From Spizellomyces punctatus DAOM BR117 (Eukaryota), in assembly GCA_000182565.2 (NCBI GenBank), contig KQ257467.1: 64,000 nt of DNA. One strand, 5' to 3'. Below are positions 1 to 11,503 of the stretch, one piece after another. The first letter of the stretch is position 1, and each line of letters starts with the position of its first letter. Made by a program: the position numbers and the translations under genes. The notes below the pieces were generated by a model. It was not told the origin of the DNA, did not search any database, and worked only from the letters and a program-made list of their open reading frames with translations.

Positions 1-730
1 GTAGACTGGACTGACTGCAGAAAGGAGCAGGCTTACCATACTTTATGTCTCTGAGTGTTAGATTTACCGTCATTACCCTGAGGGTTTCCAATGGGCCCGC
101 GTGTGCACCAACATTCGATCGCGCAGAATATACAAATGCCCCATGGGTCAAATAAGGGTCGGGAGAGACAGTTGATAACAGTTCCGAACTAGATAAAGCT
201 GTGTGTGAATCATGTTTATACAAGAGCGCATGGGACAGTGGATTTGTTCTGGTGTATGCCGACAGAGTTTTCATTGCAGATTCAAAACAGCCAGTCCATC
301 TGGCATTCATCAGTCCATTACCATGATACGATTCAAACAAAAACCTTTAAAAATAGCCTAAGAAATAAGCCATGTCTATTGGAAGTAATCTGGGAGTCCG
401 CAAATAGTCGCAATGCTTGATTCCGCAGTTAATCCCCCGCCGTCAGGCAGATTGGTTTGGCATAAACATCCCTATCTTACGTGCACGCACTGGACTGCGG
501 CGACAAGTGAAAGAAATATCTCCGGATGCCGTTTCAATGCATGGATAAAAAGTTTGGACATCAAAAGATAAATCCCAGCCAGCAGGTTCGTCTTCCCTCG
601 CTGATCAAAGGCTCTTCCAAAGGAAAAGACATTGGCAAAACGTTCTTGTTTGCAAAGGCTATTTGTGAGCATCAAAGCGGCTGTGGATCCAAAGTCTGCA
701 CGGGAAATACCGCGCCGGTTTCTCTAGTTT
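1..730 (-). CDS. Probable multi-exon hypothetical protein running off the window start
   Basis: Minus-strand open segments end at GTAAG donors (...VQCVH|gtaaga near 480; ...aagtatg|gtaagc near 36) and have plausible AG acceptors. No recognisable domain; 5' end undefined. Confidence 0.3.
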
Positions 731-2601
731 GTCAACATATATCATATTTTTCATCCGATTTCATCCTTTATCGCAGGCCCTTCCCCCGAAGAGGATGCCA
801 TCATCACCCGAAGGCTCCGGCAGTCGTTGCTCCTTCCATTTCTGGCGCGCGCAAACGATCAGTCCCAGGCGCCCACCTCAAAGAGGTTAGTACGTTGCAT
901 TACTGCAACGGCCTTTAAAGTTATCCGGTTATGACTTTTCGACCGAGTTGAGTTTAGCGCCAAGTTCCCAGGGCGGGCTCGAGTTTTACGCCATCCCAAG
1001 GCGAGTGAAGAGAGAGTGGGGGGGATGCGAGAGAGGGTGCCTTTTTATAACCCTGGGGGACTGCGCTTTTTTTTTTGCAATTTCGGAATTCGTCGGCGGA
1101 AGATTGCGTATCCTGCGTACGTCATTCTTTTGAGCACGCCATGAACGCCCAATCATCGTCGTCGTTTCCACCTCCTGGCAGACCTCCTGGCGTGCGTTCG
1201 TTCCCCTCGCATGGCGCGTAAGTTCAGATTATGTAAACGCGTGAAGCGAGTCATTTGTTTATCTTGATTTTCCCACGGTCCTCCCCCAACGAGATGAAGA
1301 ACAAATATCGTTTGCATAGACAGCAAAGTTCAGTACTTGTTTCTGCCCAAGGATAGGGATAGTCTACTGCAAGGTTCTCGATGCATTGTGGTCAACTGGA
1401 CAGGTGGACGAACCGACGGGATGTAATTCTGTTCTCCATGAGCCGGATTCCTTTGCAAGCGTTGGGGACTGTTACAATCTGCTATTTCACAATCTTCTGT
1501 GTGGTGGATATCCCGCAGCGTCCTTTGTACCGCTCATTGACGATCTCCTGAGGTTCAATCTTTTGCTTGCAAGTGATGGATGGCGGAGCGTATCGAGAGG
1601 GACTGATTCGCGGCAATGAAAGACGCCTTGGATAGTGTAGCATGACCTCTGCCTGCCTAGCTTGGAGGAAAACAGCACAGACTCTAACGTGCAGTCTTTG
1701 TCGATGAATATTCGGAACCAGAACTACCGTGAAAGTTCATCATTACATTATCGACAATGTCCCTTGGCTGTCAACGTTATTTCTCCGGCTCAATTCCTCG
1801 CATCGGCTTGCTGATGGCAAATATTATCGAAATTGACCATAAACCTCTTCATCACAATCTTTAGGTACACTGAATCTGGAAAAGATAGGATTTCTTCACA
1901 TTTACGATGAAATAGTTCAATCGGTCCTATAATATTTAGATTTCTTCATTACCCAACGTATATTTTATTATCAGCTACACATCCCATGTCAGGAGCTGAA
2001 GAAATCAAGATAGATCTAAAGTTGGCGAACGATCTTGACATCAAGACCGCATGCACCGCTCCGTGAATGTACAATCAATTCTTGGAAATTGTATCGCATC
2101 CGAACAACATTTTTGGCCAAACCTCTAGTATCACGCCATTCAAATTGCAAAGAAGGCATGTAACTTGACCCAGGCATAGGAAAAGCAAAATACACCAGAG
2201 GGCAATACTGCTCTTTTGGCGCGACCGCACGACAGCGCTTCATCCGATCAGAGTACTTTTGATAACGGATCCATAGTCATTTTACTAATGCTATGAGTTT
2301 ATTAAAGGTAAATCAATACGCAGTAATCATGGTGCTAATGCGTTTAAAAAAGCTTGTCAAGACCTCTTTCCACCTGCTTCAAAACGTCCATCCCCATACA
2401 CTCGGCAACGGAAGGAAGTTCGGAGCCTCATCCCGTGACCGACACGCTAACCACGTGACTGCATGATGAGGAAATGACATCAGCGACAAGCATCTCCGCC
2501 TTCGCAAGCTCTTAAGTTTGAATGAACTCGCCAGGTATGCACCCATCACAAAAAAAGCCAAACACAGCCAAAAAGAAGGATTTACTCATATCGTTTATTC
2601 A

Positions 2602-3607
2602 ATGATTTCCTGCATAACAAAGGGCGTTGCACGCGCGCAAGGTTCACGTCCCTACCAAGAAGACAACTTTGCCATCGCAGACGAAACATTTGACAAGAGC
2701 GGCTTCGCACTCTATTCTGTGTTTGATGGACATGGTGGAGGGGCGGCATCTAAACATGCGGCGCAGAACCTTCCAAAAATCATTGTCAATTCCGAGGCAT
2801 TCAAAACTGGGGTATACGATCGGTCACTCCAAGAAGCGTTCCTGGCAGAAGATAAACGTCTTGCGGAAGAGTTGGGTGCAGAGGGACGGGGAGGTACAAC
2901 CGCTACCGTGGCGCTCATAGCCCAAAACCAGTTGTTTGTTGCCAATGTCGGAGATTCGACAGCTGTATTTGGCGCGACAGGATGGAACAGGGAATTATCA
3001 TGCTGTGAGATTGAGCAAGGAACACAAGGTGGATGATGAGGCTGAGGCAGCGAGGTTGGATGAGGCGAGCGCCAAAGTAAAGAGGGATAGAGTTGTTGGA
3101 CCGGGTCATGCTATTAACATGACGCGAGCGTTGGGGGATTTTGATTTTAAGTTGCCTACCAATGGTGCAAGTGCAGATTGGATTTCTCCGGTAAGGATAT
3201 CTCGCCAGTCTATCCTCTCCCGTCAATCATCTTTTTCTAATTGCATTGATAAAGGTTCCTCACATTACGCAAACAACCTTGTCCCCCGCCGACGATTTTT
3301 GTATTATCGCCTCTGACGGACTCTGGAACCATCTCGACGAGTTCCAACTTATACCCATGGTAAACATTCCCCTGTCTCCTCAAGTTGAGAATACCAACTC
3401 ACACAGTTTCGCTAGATTGCGGAAATGAGGAATAAAGGCAAATCCCCTCAACAGATTTGTGATGATTTTGTTAAAACTTTAGGACAGGTAAAACTGGCAA
3501 CTTTTTTTATCTATTCAACAGACAATTGCTGATGTTTTTATTCGTAGGTTAAAGGATCGGACAATATTACTTTTATTTTACTTGATTTCAAATGGGGGGA
3601 AGAATAG
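2602..3607 (+). CDS. Protein phosphatase 2C (PPM family), 3 introns, with a 1-nt frameshift near 2968-2970
   Basis: All PP2C motifs are present: RPYQED, VFDGHGG, GTTA, ANVGDS, TRALGD, IIASDGLW, GSDNIT. Introns ~3191-3254, 3360-3415, 3488-3547; stop TAG 3605-3607. Confidence 0.9.
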
Positions 3608-4395
3608 AGTAGATTTGAATAAATAAGAGATTTCGTTGTAGGCTTTGCATTTATTTTGTTCATGGCTGCCCAATGCCGGAACGCAGGAATGACATGCTGC
3701 AGACCATACGCCAAGTTATTGATGAAGAGCGGTTATAAAAAGTTGACGACATTGACATGGCAATAAGGAGTCTCGATGTGAGATGTTTTCATTGGGAGAC
3801 ACCATGACGGGTATGTACCACACACCAAATGACCCAAGAAGATATCCCTATGGGCTCTACGATGCTGTCAAGTGGTAAACGTTGTTCAAACAGGTTTTAT
3901 ACTAGGACTATTCCCTATGCGTTAGATAGCTCAACATCTCTATTTACGCCTACAGCTCCGATGGCAAACATTTCGGTAAAACATCTACCTCCACAGGCAG
4001 ACTAGATCTCATACCTTAGAGGACTACAGATGGGATGCTTTGGTGGCTTGGCATTGAAAAGCCGTTGGTCGTTAGCGAAAATGCTCTATGTCCCTGTCGA
4101 TATGCCTTCTGCAGAGGTTGATAAAAATGGTTGGTACAGCCTTGATATGTTCAAAGCGTCAAATATTCCACAAGATAATGTTGTAAAGCAAAAATGCTAT
4201 GGTGTTTCTGAGGACAATCATACCTCAGCTGGAAACGTAATTGAACATACCCATGCGAAACCCAGAAATGAGACATGATCATAAACACAATTCACAAACA
4301 TAAACATAAATCAATGCATGACTATGTATTTTGAAAAAAAGAGATCTAATCTATCAGCTATCTATGAAGGTATCATACTGCTTTTGTTCTGTTCT

Positions 4396-5637
4396 CTAGA
4401 TCCACATCAGCCCAACACTCAAAATACCCAGGACGAAGCATGTCATCTGCTTCCCATTGGCTTTAGATGCCGCGGAAGTTGAAACGCCGGCTTGAATGGC
4501 TTCTGCGGAGGTAGTAGCCGTACGAGTTTGTTCCCTTGTCTGAATATTGAGTTCATCTTGCGAGAGAATGTCAATGCCGCCAGCGACGAAAGGAACGTCA
4601 TTTGGAGGGTTCGGCAAATCAATTGGACGGAAAAAGGGCGGCTCGTTGGGATTGCCGGGCGGAGCCTGGGGTGGTGGTGCTGGGTTTGGGTTAGAAGGGG
4701 CGGGGAATGGCACATCATTTGGATTGGGAGCTGGTTGCTCTGTCGGCCGTGGTGCGGGAGGAGGAGGTGGAGGAGGCTGTTGGGTTGGGTCCGGTGTGGG
4801 GGCTGGCGGATTATTTGTTGGCTGTGGTGGAGCGGGATCTTCTGTTGGTGTCGGCTGTGGAGTAGGGACAATGGTCGTTTCCGGGCGTTGCGACGGAATT
4901 ACTGGTGAAATAGTGGGGATGGGTGGAAGGCTAACGGATACTGAGGGAACACTCACTGTAATGGGGGAAACAGTTGGAACGCTCACTGTGATTGGTGTAA
5001 CGGTCGGGACGTTTACTGTGATTGGGCCAACAGTTGGAACGCTCACTGTGATTGGGGCAACAGTTGGAACGCTCACTGTGATTGGGGCAACAGTTGGAAC
5101 GCTCACTGTGATTGGGGCAACAGTTGGAACGCTCACTGTGATAGGGGCAACAGTGGGGACGCTCAGTGTTATGGGAGCAACGGTCGGGACGCTGACGGTA
5201 ATGGGGAGAATCGTTGGGACGTCCACTGTAATGGGGCGGCCAACCGTCACTATCGGGTAGCGTATAGGAATGTTGACCGTAGTCGGGTTCGCGGAGGGCT
5301 TGCTAATGACGGTAGGAACAGTAGGCGTTCTAGCGACAGCTGTGGGGAAGACAGGAAAGAAATTTGTGATGGTTGGCTGTTCCTCGTGCTTTGTCGACTG
5401 CGTGTTGGTTGATTTCTTGGTGGTTGTTTGCTGGCTGTCGTGTTTCGGCTCCTTGCTCCTTGTGGCTTTTGAACCTAGGTCAATGACCTTATTGACTACT
5501 GGTTTGGTTGAACCCGGAGCCGAATAACGAAAAGATTCCGTTAGTGGGATGGCAGCGACATTTTCAGCTATCGGCGCCGAGTTCGCGGTCGTTGCAAGAG
5601 CAACCAGAAGAACCGGGAGCAGCCGCGATATGTGCAT
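4396..5637 (-). CDS. Secreted, probably GPI-anchored Pro/Thr/Val-rich cell-surface protein
   Basis: Intronless 413-aa ORF with an N-terminal signal peptide (MHISRLLPVLLVALATTANSA), tandem PITVSVPTVA repeats and a Pro-rich region. It ends with small residues then a hydrophobic tail (STSAASKANGKQMTCFVLGILSVGLMWI). Confidence 0.8.
   Translation of the reverse strand: MHISRLLPVLLVALATTANSAPIAENVAAIPLTESFRYSAPGSTKPVVNKVIDLGSKATRSKEPKHDSQQTTTKKSTNTQSTKHEEQPTITNFFPVFPTAVARTPTVPTVISKPSANPTTVNIPIRYPIVTVGRPITVDVPTILPITVSVPTVAPITLSVPTVAPITVSVPTVAPITVSVPTVAPITVSVPTVAPITVSVPTVGPITVNVPTVTPITVSVPTVSPITVSVPSVSVSLPPIPTISPVIPSQRPETTIVPTPQPTPTEDPAPPQPTNNPPAPTPDPTQQPPPPPPPAPRPTEQPAPNPNDVPFPAPSNPNPAPPPQAPPGNPNEPPFFRPIDLPNPPNDVPFVAGGIDILSQDELNIQTREQTRTATTSAEAIQAGVSTSAASKANGKQMTCFVLGILSVGLMWI
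4945..5250. repeat. Coding minisatellite, 30-bp unit, about 10 copies
   Basis: Unit TTGGAACGCTCACTGTGATTGGGGCAACAG. Near-perfect central copies at ~5034-5150, degenerate outward. Encodes PITVSVPTVA on the minus strand. Confidence 0.95.
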
Positions 5638-6673
5638 CTAAGGGAAGCGCAGAGAGTCGATTGGGGAGATGTTTAGCTGAGCTGACATGAGCGGGGGGGC
5701 AGCTCAGGAGCGAGATTAATAACTCTGTCATATCTTTTGCCTACGAAAAAGATGTAGAAAGACAAGAGCGGAAAAGTTGTGCAACTGCTAGTAATTTGGA
5801 AAAAAATGTAAGGTGGAGAAAAGGGAATAAACAGCAGGTGTGTGTAGCATCTTTTGCGAGAAGGAATTACAAGTTGCTTTTATTTTTTCCATGTGGAAAG
5901 TGTTCAATTTCACACTTACGTTTTTGAACACTCTCGAACGGGGAGTGGTGCGAGAGCTAATGAACGAATCATAATCAATTTGGGAATAATTAGGGAATTA
6001 ACTAGTTTGAAACATCTAAAGCGGCCTTAACTTTTCTTTACTTTTTACTTTAGTTGTTTTGAAAGCCAAAAGGCAAACACAGCAAAGTATTTTGGCTTGC
6101 GGCATTTTTCTTCTTTCTTTTTGATCTTTTTTGCCAGACAACAACCAATATGAGTCTTGGTGTTAAAAACGCCATGGAAAGTTGATCAAAAGCAATCATG
6201 AGTGGAATCAAATGATGGCATCCACATGGTAAGACTGACCGTTTGTGTTGTCGGCCGGTGGTGATTGTTCATCATGGCCAGTTGAGCACAAAGAAAGCAG
6301 CTCTTTGTCCATCAGAGTCCACCATCCATGGCCTTTTTGGTTCATTCTCGACATTGTCCACACGCACACAAGGAGACGGACATGCCGAGTCCCGCAAATA
6401 GTTATCGCTAAAGATGCTTAACGACAATGCATGAAAACCTACTCTTCTCCATCGTTCTTTCCTCTACAGATCTCCTTCATAAAAACCTTTGGGCTAAATT
6501 CCTAAAAGCCCCCCAATTGATGGCATTTTCCCAATTTTTTATCCGTTTGACGGCTCTTTGACTACGCCACGCTGTGCCACACGACGGACTTGCGTCGCTT
6601 TTGGGACGCTTGCGAGTTTCTTCTTTTGTCCTTGTCGAGATCCTCTTGCCAACGCACATTTACTCAGTCCAAT

Positions 6674-8079
6674 ATGCTCACCCCTATACCAAATGTGACC
6701 GCCAACGGCACCAAGAAAGAGGTTACGAACGGTACCTCTACAAAGACTCTGTGGGACACGAAAACTCAACAATACCACGGCGGTCAAGAGTGGCAGTTTT
6801 TAGACAACTTTATCGAAGATTTCAGTGTTACGACCAATGGTCTAGGAACTCCAAGAAAGGCCCTGCAGGCTGCTAGAGATGCGGTATGTCTTTCAGGGTG
6901 CCAAGAAAGAGCATCCACAGTTTGTTGACTCTTTCATTTTTGCATTTAGCTTGAAGTGTGCCACCACTACCCGCCAGCGGACCAAGAGCCTGCAAAGACA
7001 TACTTGGCAAACTTTTTGTGGCCGGAAGACTATCAAGATGTGCACTCTCGATTGCTACTTGGAAACGGAGCGTCGGAACTTATAGATCTTGTCACCCGAG
7101 CGGCGCCTGAGGGACCGTGGAAGCCAGGACCGTGGAAGATTCAGGTGTGTTCACAAGAGTGCCTACTACTACATATGCGAGAAGAGGGTCTACCCTTTCC
7201 CTCTTATATGCACTCTTCACTCTGACGAGCTCACTCATTGAACTTTTCTCCTAGTACAAAGAATATGAACGCTCGGCAATCGCTCTCGGTCGGACGGTTC
7301 TTAGACCTGACCATCCAACATCGGCAGCACTTACCTGCATCGTTAACCCCAACAATCCTACTGGAGATTACATGCCCATTGAAGAGCTTAAATCCTACAT
7401 TGAAACAACCGTCGCAGACAACACTGTGGTGATGGTTGGTGAGTACACCTACTTCACGAGCGCGGGCCCTGTGTGACTATATGCTCAAAGTACTTTTGTA
7501 GATGAATCCATGCAGCCTTGGCACTCACCTGAATTCCGCCATGATTCCCTTATTTCACAATCTGAATGGCTGAAAAATATGTTCAACACTCGTGGAATTG
7601 CAGTCTTTATCATGCACTCATGGACAAAGCTGTGGTCTTGCACCGGTCTTCGGCTAGGATCAGTTGTATGTCCTACTGTTGATCACTGTATCAAGCTTAA
7701 AAAAGTCCAAGTTCCTTGGTCTGTAAATCTTCCTGCATTGAAGTTCTTGGAAGTTGTCACGTCGGATGAAGAGAAGGATTATCTGGATGAGACTTGGGCT
7801 GTGACAAGCGAATGGCGCGCAAGTTTGGTGGAGCGTCTGGAAGAGCTTTGCAATGGACAGTGGGAAATCCATGGCAAACCTTTCCTCTCGTGGGTGTGGA
7901 TTGACATGAAAGACGCGCGGGTAGCAGCCGATGCCGTTACCCTTGCCAAGCGGGCAGGCGTCCCCGTACGTGCTGGTGTGCATGGGTACGCGTGTGACAC
8001 TTGTGTGAGGGCCGCTGTGAGGAAACCTGAGCAAGTGGATGTGTTGGTTCAAGCTTGGAAAGGATTAGTAGATGTCTAA
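6674..8079 (+). CDS. PLP-dependent class I/II aminotransferase-fold enzyme (HisC/CobD-like), 3 introns
   Basis: Motifs YHGG...DFSVTTNGLG, HYP, GNGASELI, YKEYERSA, VNPNNPTG, VDES and SWTKLWSCTGLRLG (PLP lysine). Introns ~6884-6949, 7145-7254, 7439-7501. Confidence 0.85.
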
Positions 8080-8481
8080 ACGGACTGGGTCTGCAGCGAC
8101 GTGCAGCGACGCATGGGATACTGGTAACTGGCGATCCACCCGATCGCGATATTATGGGAGAGAGCGGGAGTATTTATATTTCATAGACTACACATTGGTT
8201 AAATATTTCATTTTTCGAACCGTTCATTGTTCCGCGTGATTGTCACGCTTGCTCTGGTGTGCTAAATTTGGATCTTGACCGTACGGAGTGATCAACCTTA
8301 CAGGCTGGAACTTGCCTTTTGGCAAAGAAAAAGCATATCTCAGCACCAAGTGCACTGGGCACACACTTTGCTTTTTTACTAGGAAAAAAAAAGGTCCTCC
8401 AATACAGCTATATAAGAATGGCAAAGGGAAGACAGGACGTCATTTGATCTAGCTGCCCTTTTTAGATACATTGCGAACAAA

Positions 8482-8961
8482 ATGAGCTGGTATTCTGTCA
8501 GCATTACAAACATTCCCCAACCTTCCGCCATCCAGGGTCTTCAAACAACAACCTCGTTCCCAGCGCTTACTTTCCGTTCATCACCAATCTTGCCAAACAC
8601 CGACTATGTTTTCGGCCATAAAGACTTTAGCGAGCTCCGTGCACAGATATATATCTGGCTGGAACAACTTGCAGCTCGTAAAGAGGCAGGAAAAAAGCTC
8701 CGCATTGGCATAACGAACGATTACAAGAAAATTGCCAAACGTGATGGCGAAACCACCGTCGTCGTGATTGGTAAAGTCAAGGTTTCTGGGTCCTGGCTTA
8801 AGGGAGGCAAGCAGGCTGAATACATTGCAAGGGCCATTAAGACGTGCTTGGTTGATGCGGCGTGGAAGATATTGCCCGAGGAAGGGATTGTTTTAGGGGA
8901 CGATGATGCTAATCGGAAGGCGGGCTTGAAGAAGGCGATGTACATATATGCTATTTGGTAG
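8482..8961 (+). CDS. Hypothetical 159-aa intronless protein (possible permuted GIY-YIG-like fold)
   Basis: Clean ATG-to-TAG ORF with AAAATG context, a TATATAA ~70 nt upstream and an AT-rich 3' flank. Contains LRIGITND, ARAIK and MYIYAIW segments. Confidence 0.65.
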   Translation: MSWYSVSITNIPQPSAIQGLQTTTSFPALTFRSSPILPNTDYVFGHKDFSELRAQIYIWLEQLAARKEAGKKLRIGITNDYKKIAKRDGETTVVVIGKVKVSGSWLKGGKQAEYIARAIKTCLVDAAWKILPEEGIVLGDDDANRKAGLKKAMYIYAIW

Positions 8962-10070
8962 TCGGACTTGAACTGTATATACTTTTACTATTTAATCTCA
9001 ATTTATATATTCGCGGGAATTGTCGATAGTTTTGTGTTTTTTGACTGGAGAGCTGTCAAGTTCTCAAGGATAATCATAGTCAAAGCACATCCCCATTTCA
9101 CCTGTCCAGCAAACCTCCATCCAGATCCTTTCGGCAGACCAGTCCATATATTTGAATATAAGCTGGAGAATATCTGCTAAGAAAGGTATCTGTTATCATG
9201 AGAATCACATGGAAATGCTCGGAGTTTTTTGGCATGCTGCTAAATATACCTTGGTGGTTCGGGACCTTTCAAAGTGGAGCCGCTACCACGGCATTATAGA
9301 TATGGGTTATTTTTTCGTCAGTGAATATTCATACCGTACGCCTTTGTGTCAGACGCAATTGTTCTGCCAGCGCAAAACCTCATGTCTGTTGCAACGATCG
9401 GAATGAAGGCAATTCCTCGCAGATCATCATCCGACAATGCCAAGCAACCGCGAAACACCGATGATAAACTCATTTATTGCCCAATACCTGTACGACCAAG
9501 GGCAGTCATTGCCTCCTTTCTGGCGGGGATCGAGCAGACGTTACAGGGAGATGACCGTGACGGTGTCAAGTCCAAACATGACCAAGTCATCGGGAATTTT
9601 AATGGCTTAAATGCCCTTGTCGGAGGACCGGCACATGATGACATGCACACTATACCAATGGACCTATGTCGAGTGTCAGTCAATGTAACCAAGATGGTCG
9701 ATATCAAGGCCCGGTGATGGGGTAGTGCGAGGTATGCGAGAGGCATCCGTTCTAGGGCTATCAACTCTCGCCTAATAGACTTGATAGCAGGTCATGGAAA
9801 GTGGACGACAGTGCCCTGGTCCAGTGTACATAGTGTGTATCGGTAAACTACGTACAAATTGTAGTTCGACATTATATGGAGCAGGCTCGTGTTCGCTCGT
9901 GAGGCTTGCTGAAAAGGAAAGGATATCCATACTGTAATAAAACTATCCACCTCCGAATGTTCATTGTATAAGCCCATTGCAGATTGTTGCTCCTTTTTTA
10001 TTATGCAGAGATCATTCTATTCGCTCAATGCAATAAACGCCTACCTACACCAGCAAACAATTTCTAACTC

Positions 10071-11136
10071 CTAATTTCTAAAGCTAGGCAACCGCAGTAT
10101 CCCTTCAAGGATTTCCTCTGTTTCCAGACCACTCGCACTTGGCAAGACAATAACGCCATGTCCGCCCGAGCCTCGTCTCACAACCACATCATTAACAACC
10201 TGCATGCGGGGTACAAAGTCTTTTAGGCCGTTGGCAAGGTCGCATCCTGATGTTAGTGTATGCAGGATAACGGATGCCCGTGACAGACGTCGAGACAATG
10301 GTGGCTGGACCACCGCGGCCCTCAAGGCGTCGGACGTGCTAGACCCTCCGGTGTAGACGGTCGCAACGGAGGACCAGGAGCCTTCGGATGTGTACGGTAC
10401 GTCTGTCGGTGCAGCTATGATTAGGTAGTCGTACAGATCTCGAGTTTACCGTTCGTTGCCTTACCAGGGTTCCAAAATCCCAGCTGGTGCATAAGCACCT
10501 TTTCCGCCTCGCATTGCTCACATGGCACCACTGGAACAGGTACTAGTCTTCTAACAGGCAATAGCCCATCAGGTATCCCTCTTGGTGATGTGACCGCTCC
10601 CAACATTTGCTGAAGTGCCAAGCATTCATGTCCTGCCCAGAATCTGCGCGATCGTTCCTTTTCGCGACGATAGTGAGCGATGAAAGTACTCTTCCAGTCA
10701 ATCTGGTCGTCATCTCTTCTAGTCAATTAAATAACCAACCCAATTTAGATGCAACATTGGTGTTATATTTTGCAGCAGTATACCTTTCGACCGAATCTCT
10801 TTCAGTACGCGATCCATCACACTCTTCTTTGTCTTTGCGATGATATCGGATAAGCTTATCGGGTTCTACATCTTGAGCAAGACAGAGTGCACGCCAAAGG
10901 GACGCATCATCGGCTCGCTTTCGCCACCCTCTGTCTGCACTGCGAAGTTTTGTGAGAGCGCCTGGACCGAGAAACGCTAGTATTTGGAGCCAGATTTCGT
11001 GAGGAAGTTTAGGCAGAGGGTGGATATCAGATATCAACGCATCAACATTATTTGCTGAACGGCTGCCAGGTTCCTTTGGCTTCGTGGAACGTGGACGGAG
11101 GGAGGATGGGTCGGGGTTCGAAAGAATAGGAAGCAT
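10071..11136 (-). CDS. F-box protein, 2 introns
   Basis: F-box signature LPKLPHEIWLQILAFL...LRSADRGWRKRADDASLWRALC followed by IDWKSTF. GT-AG introns near 10719-10783 and 10416-10465 join three ORF-track segments. Confidence 0.8.
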
Positions 11137-11503
11137 CGCTCTCCACTTGTTATAAAGAATTTCCTTTGTCGGTTATCTTCTTTCTTTATTTCCATTCACA
11201 CCTTCCAGAGAGAGATCGGTTAGAAAAAGATGTTTTACCAAGTCCGAATCGAAGCAAATCGACCATCTCGTCATGCCCTGACCCAATGGCAACCGTTAAG
11301 GAATCGGAGATTTTAAGATGTGACCCTGTATTATTATGATTCAGAAGTTACTTTGAAATTGGCTATATTTTTAGTTGCTGCCCTTGTAAGTAGTCATGGC
11401 CACGCTTCGTTAATTGTTTTGATGTAAAGTGATGAATGAATAACTGGTTGTTTTAACAAAAGGATCTTAAATACCACAGGCTATCTTTCCACTTGTGCCA
11501 GAC

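Noticed and set aside
4443-5527. Several long overlapping ORFs, including a 237-aa Gly/Val-rich plus-strand ORF
   Set aside because: Antisense or alternative-frame shadows of the repetitive GPI-protein gene.
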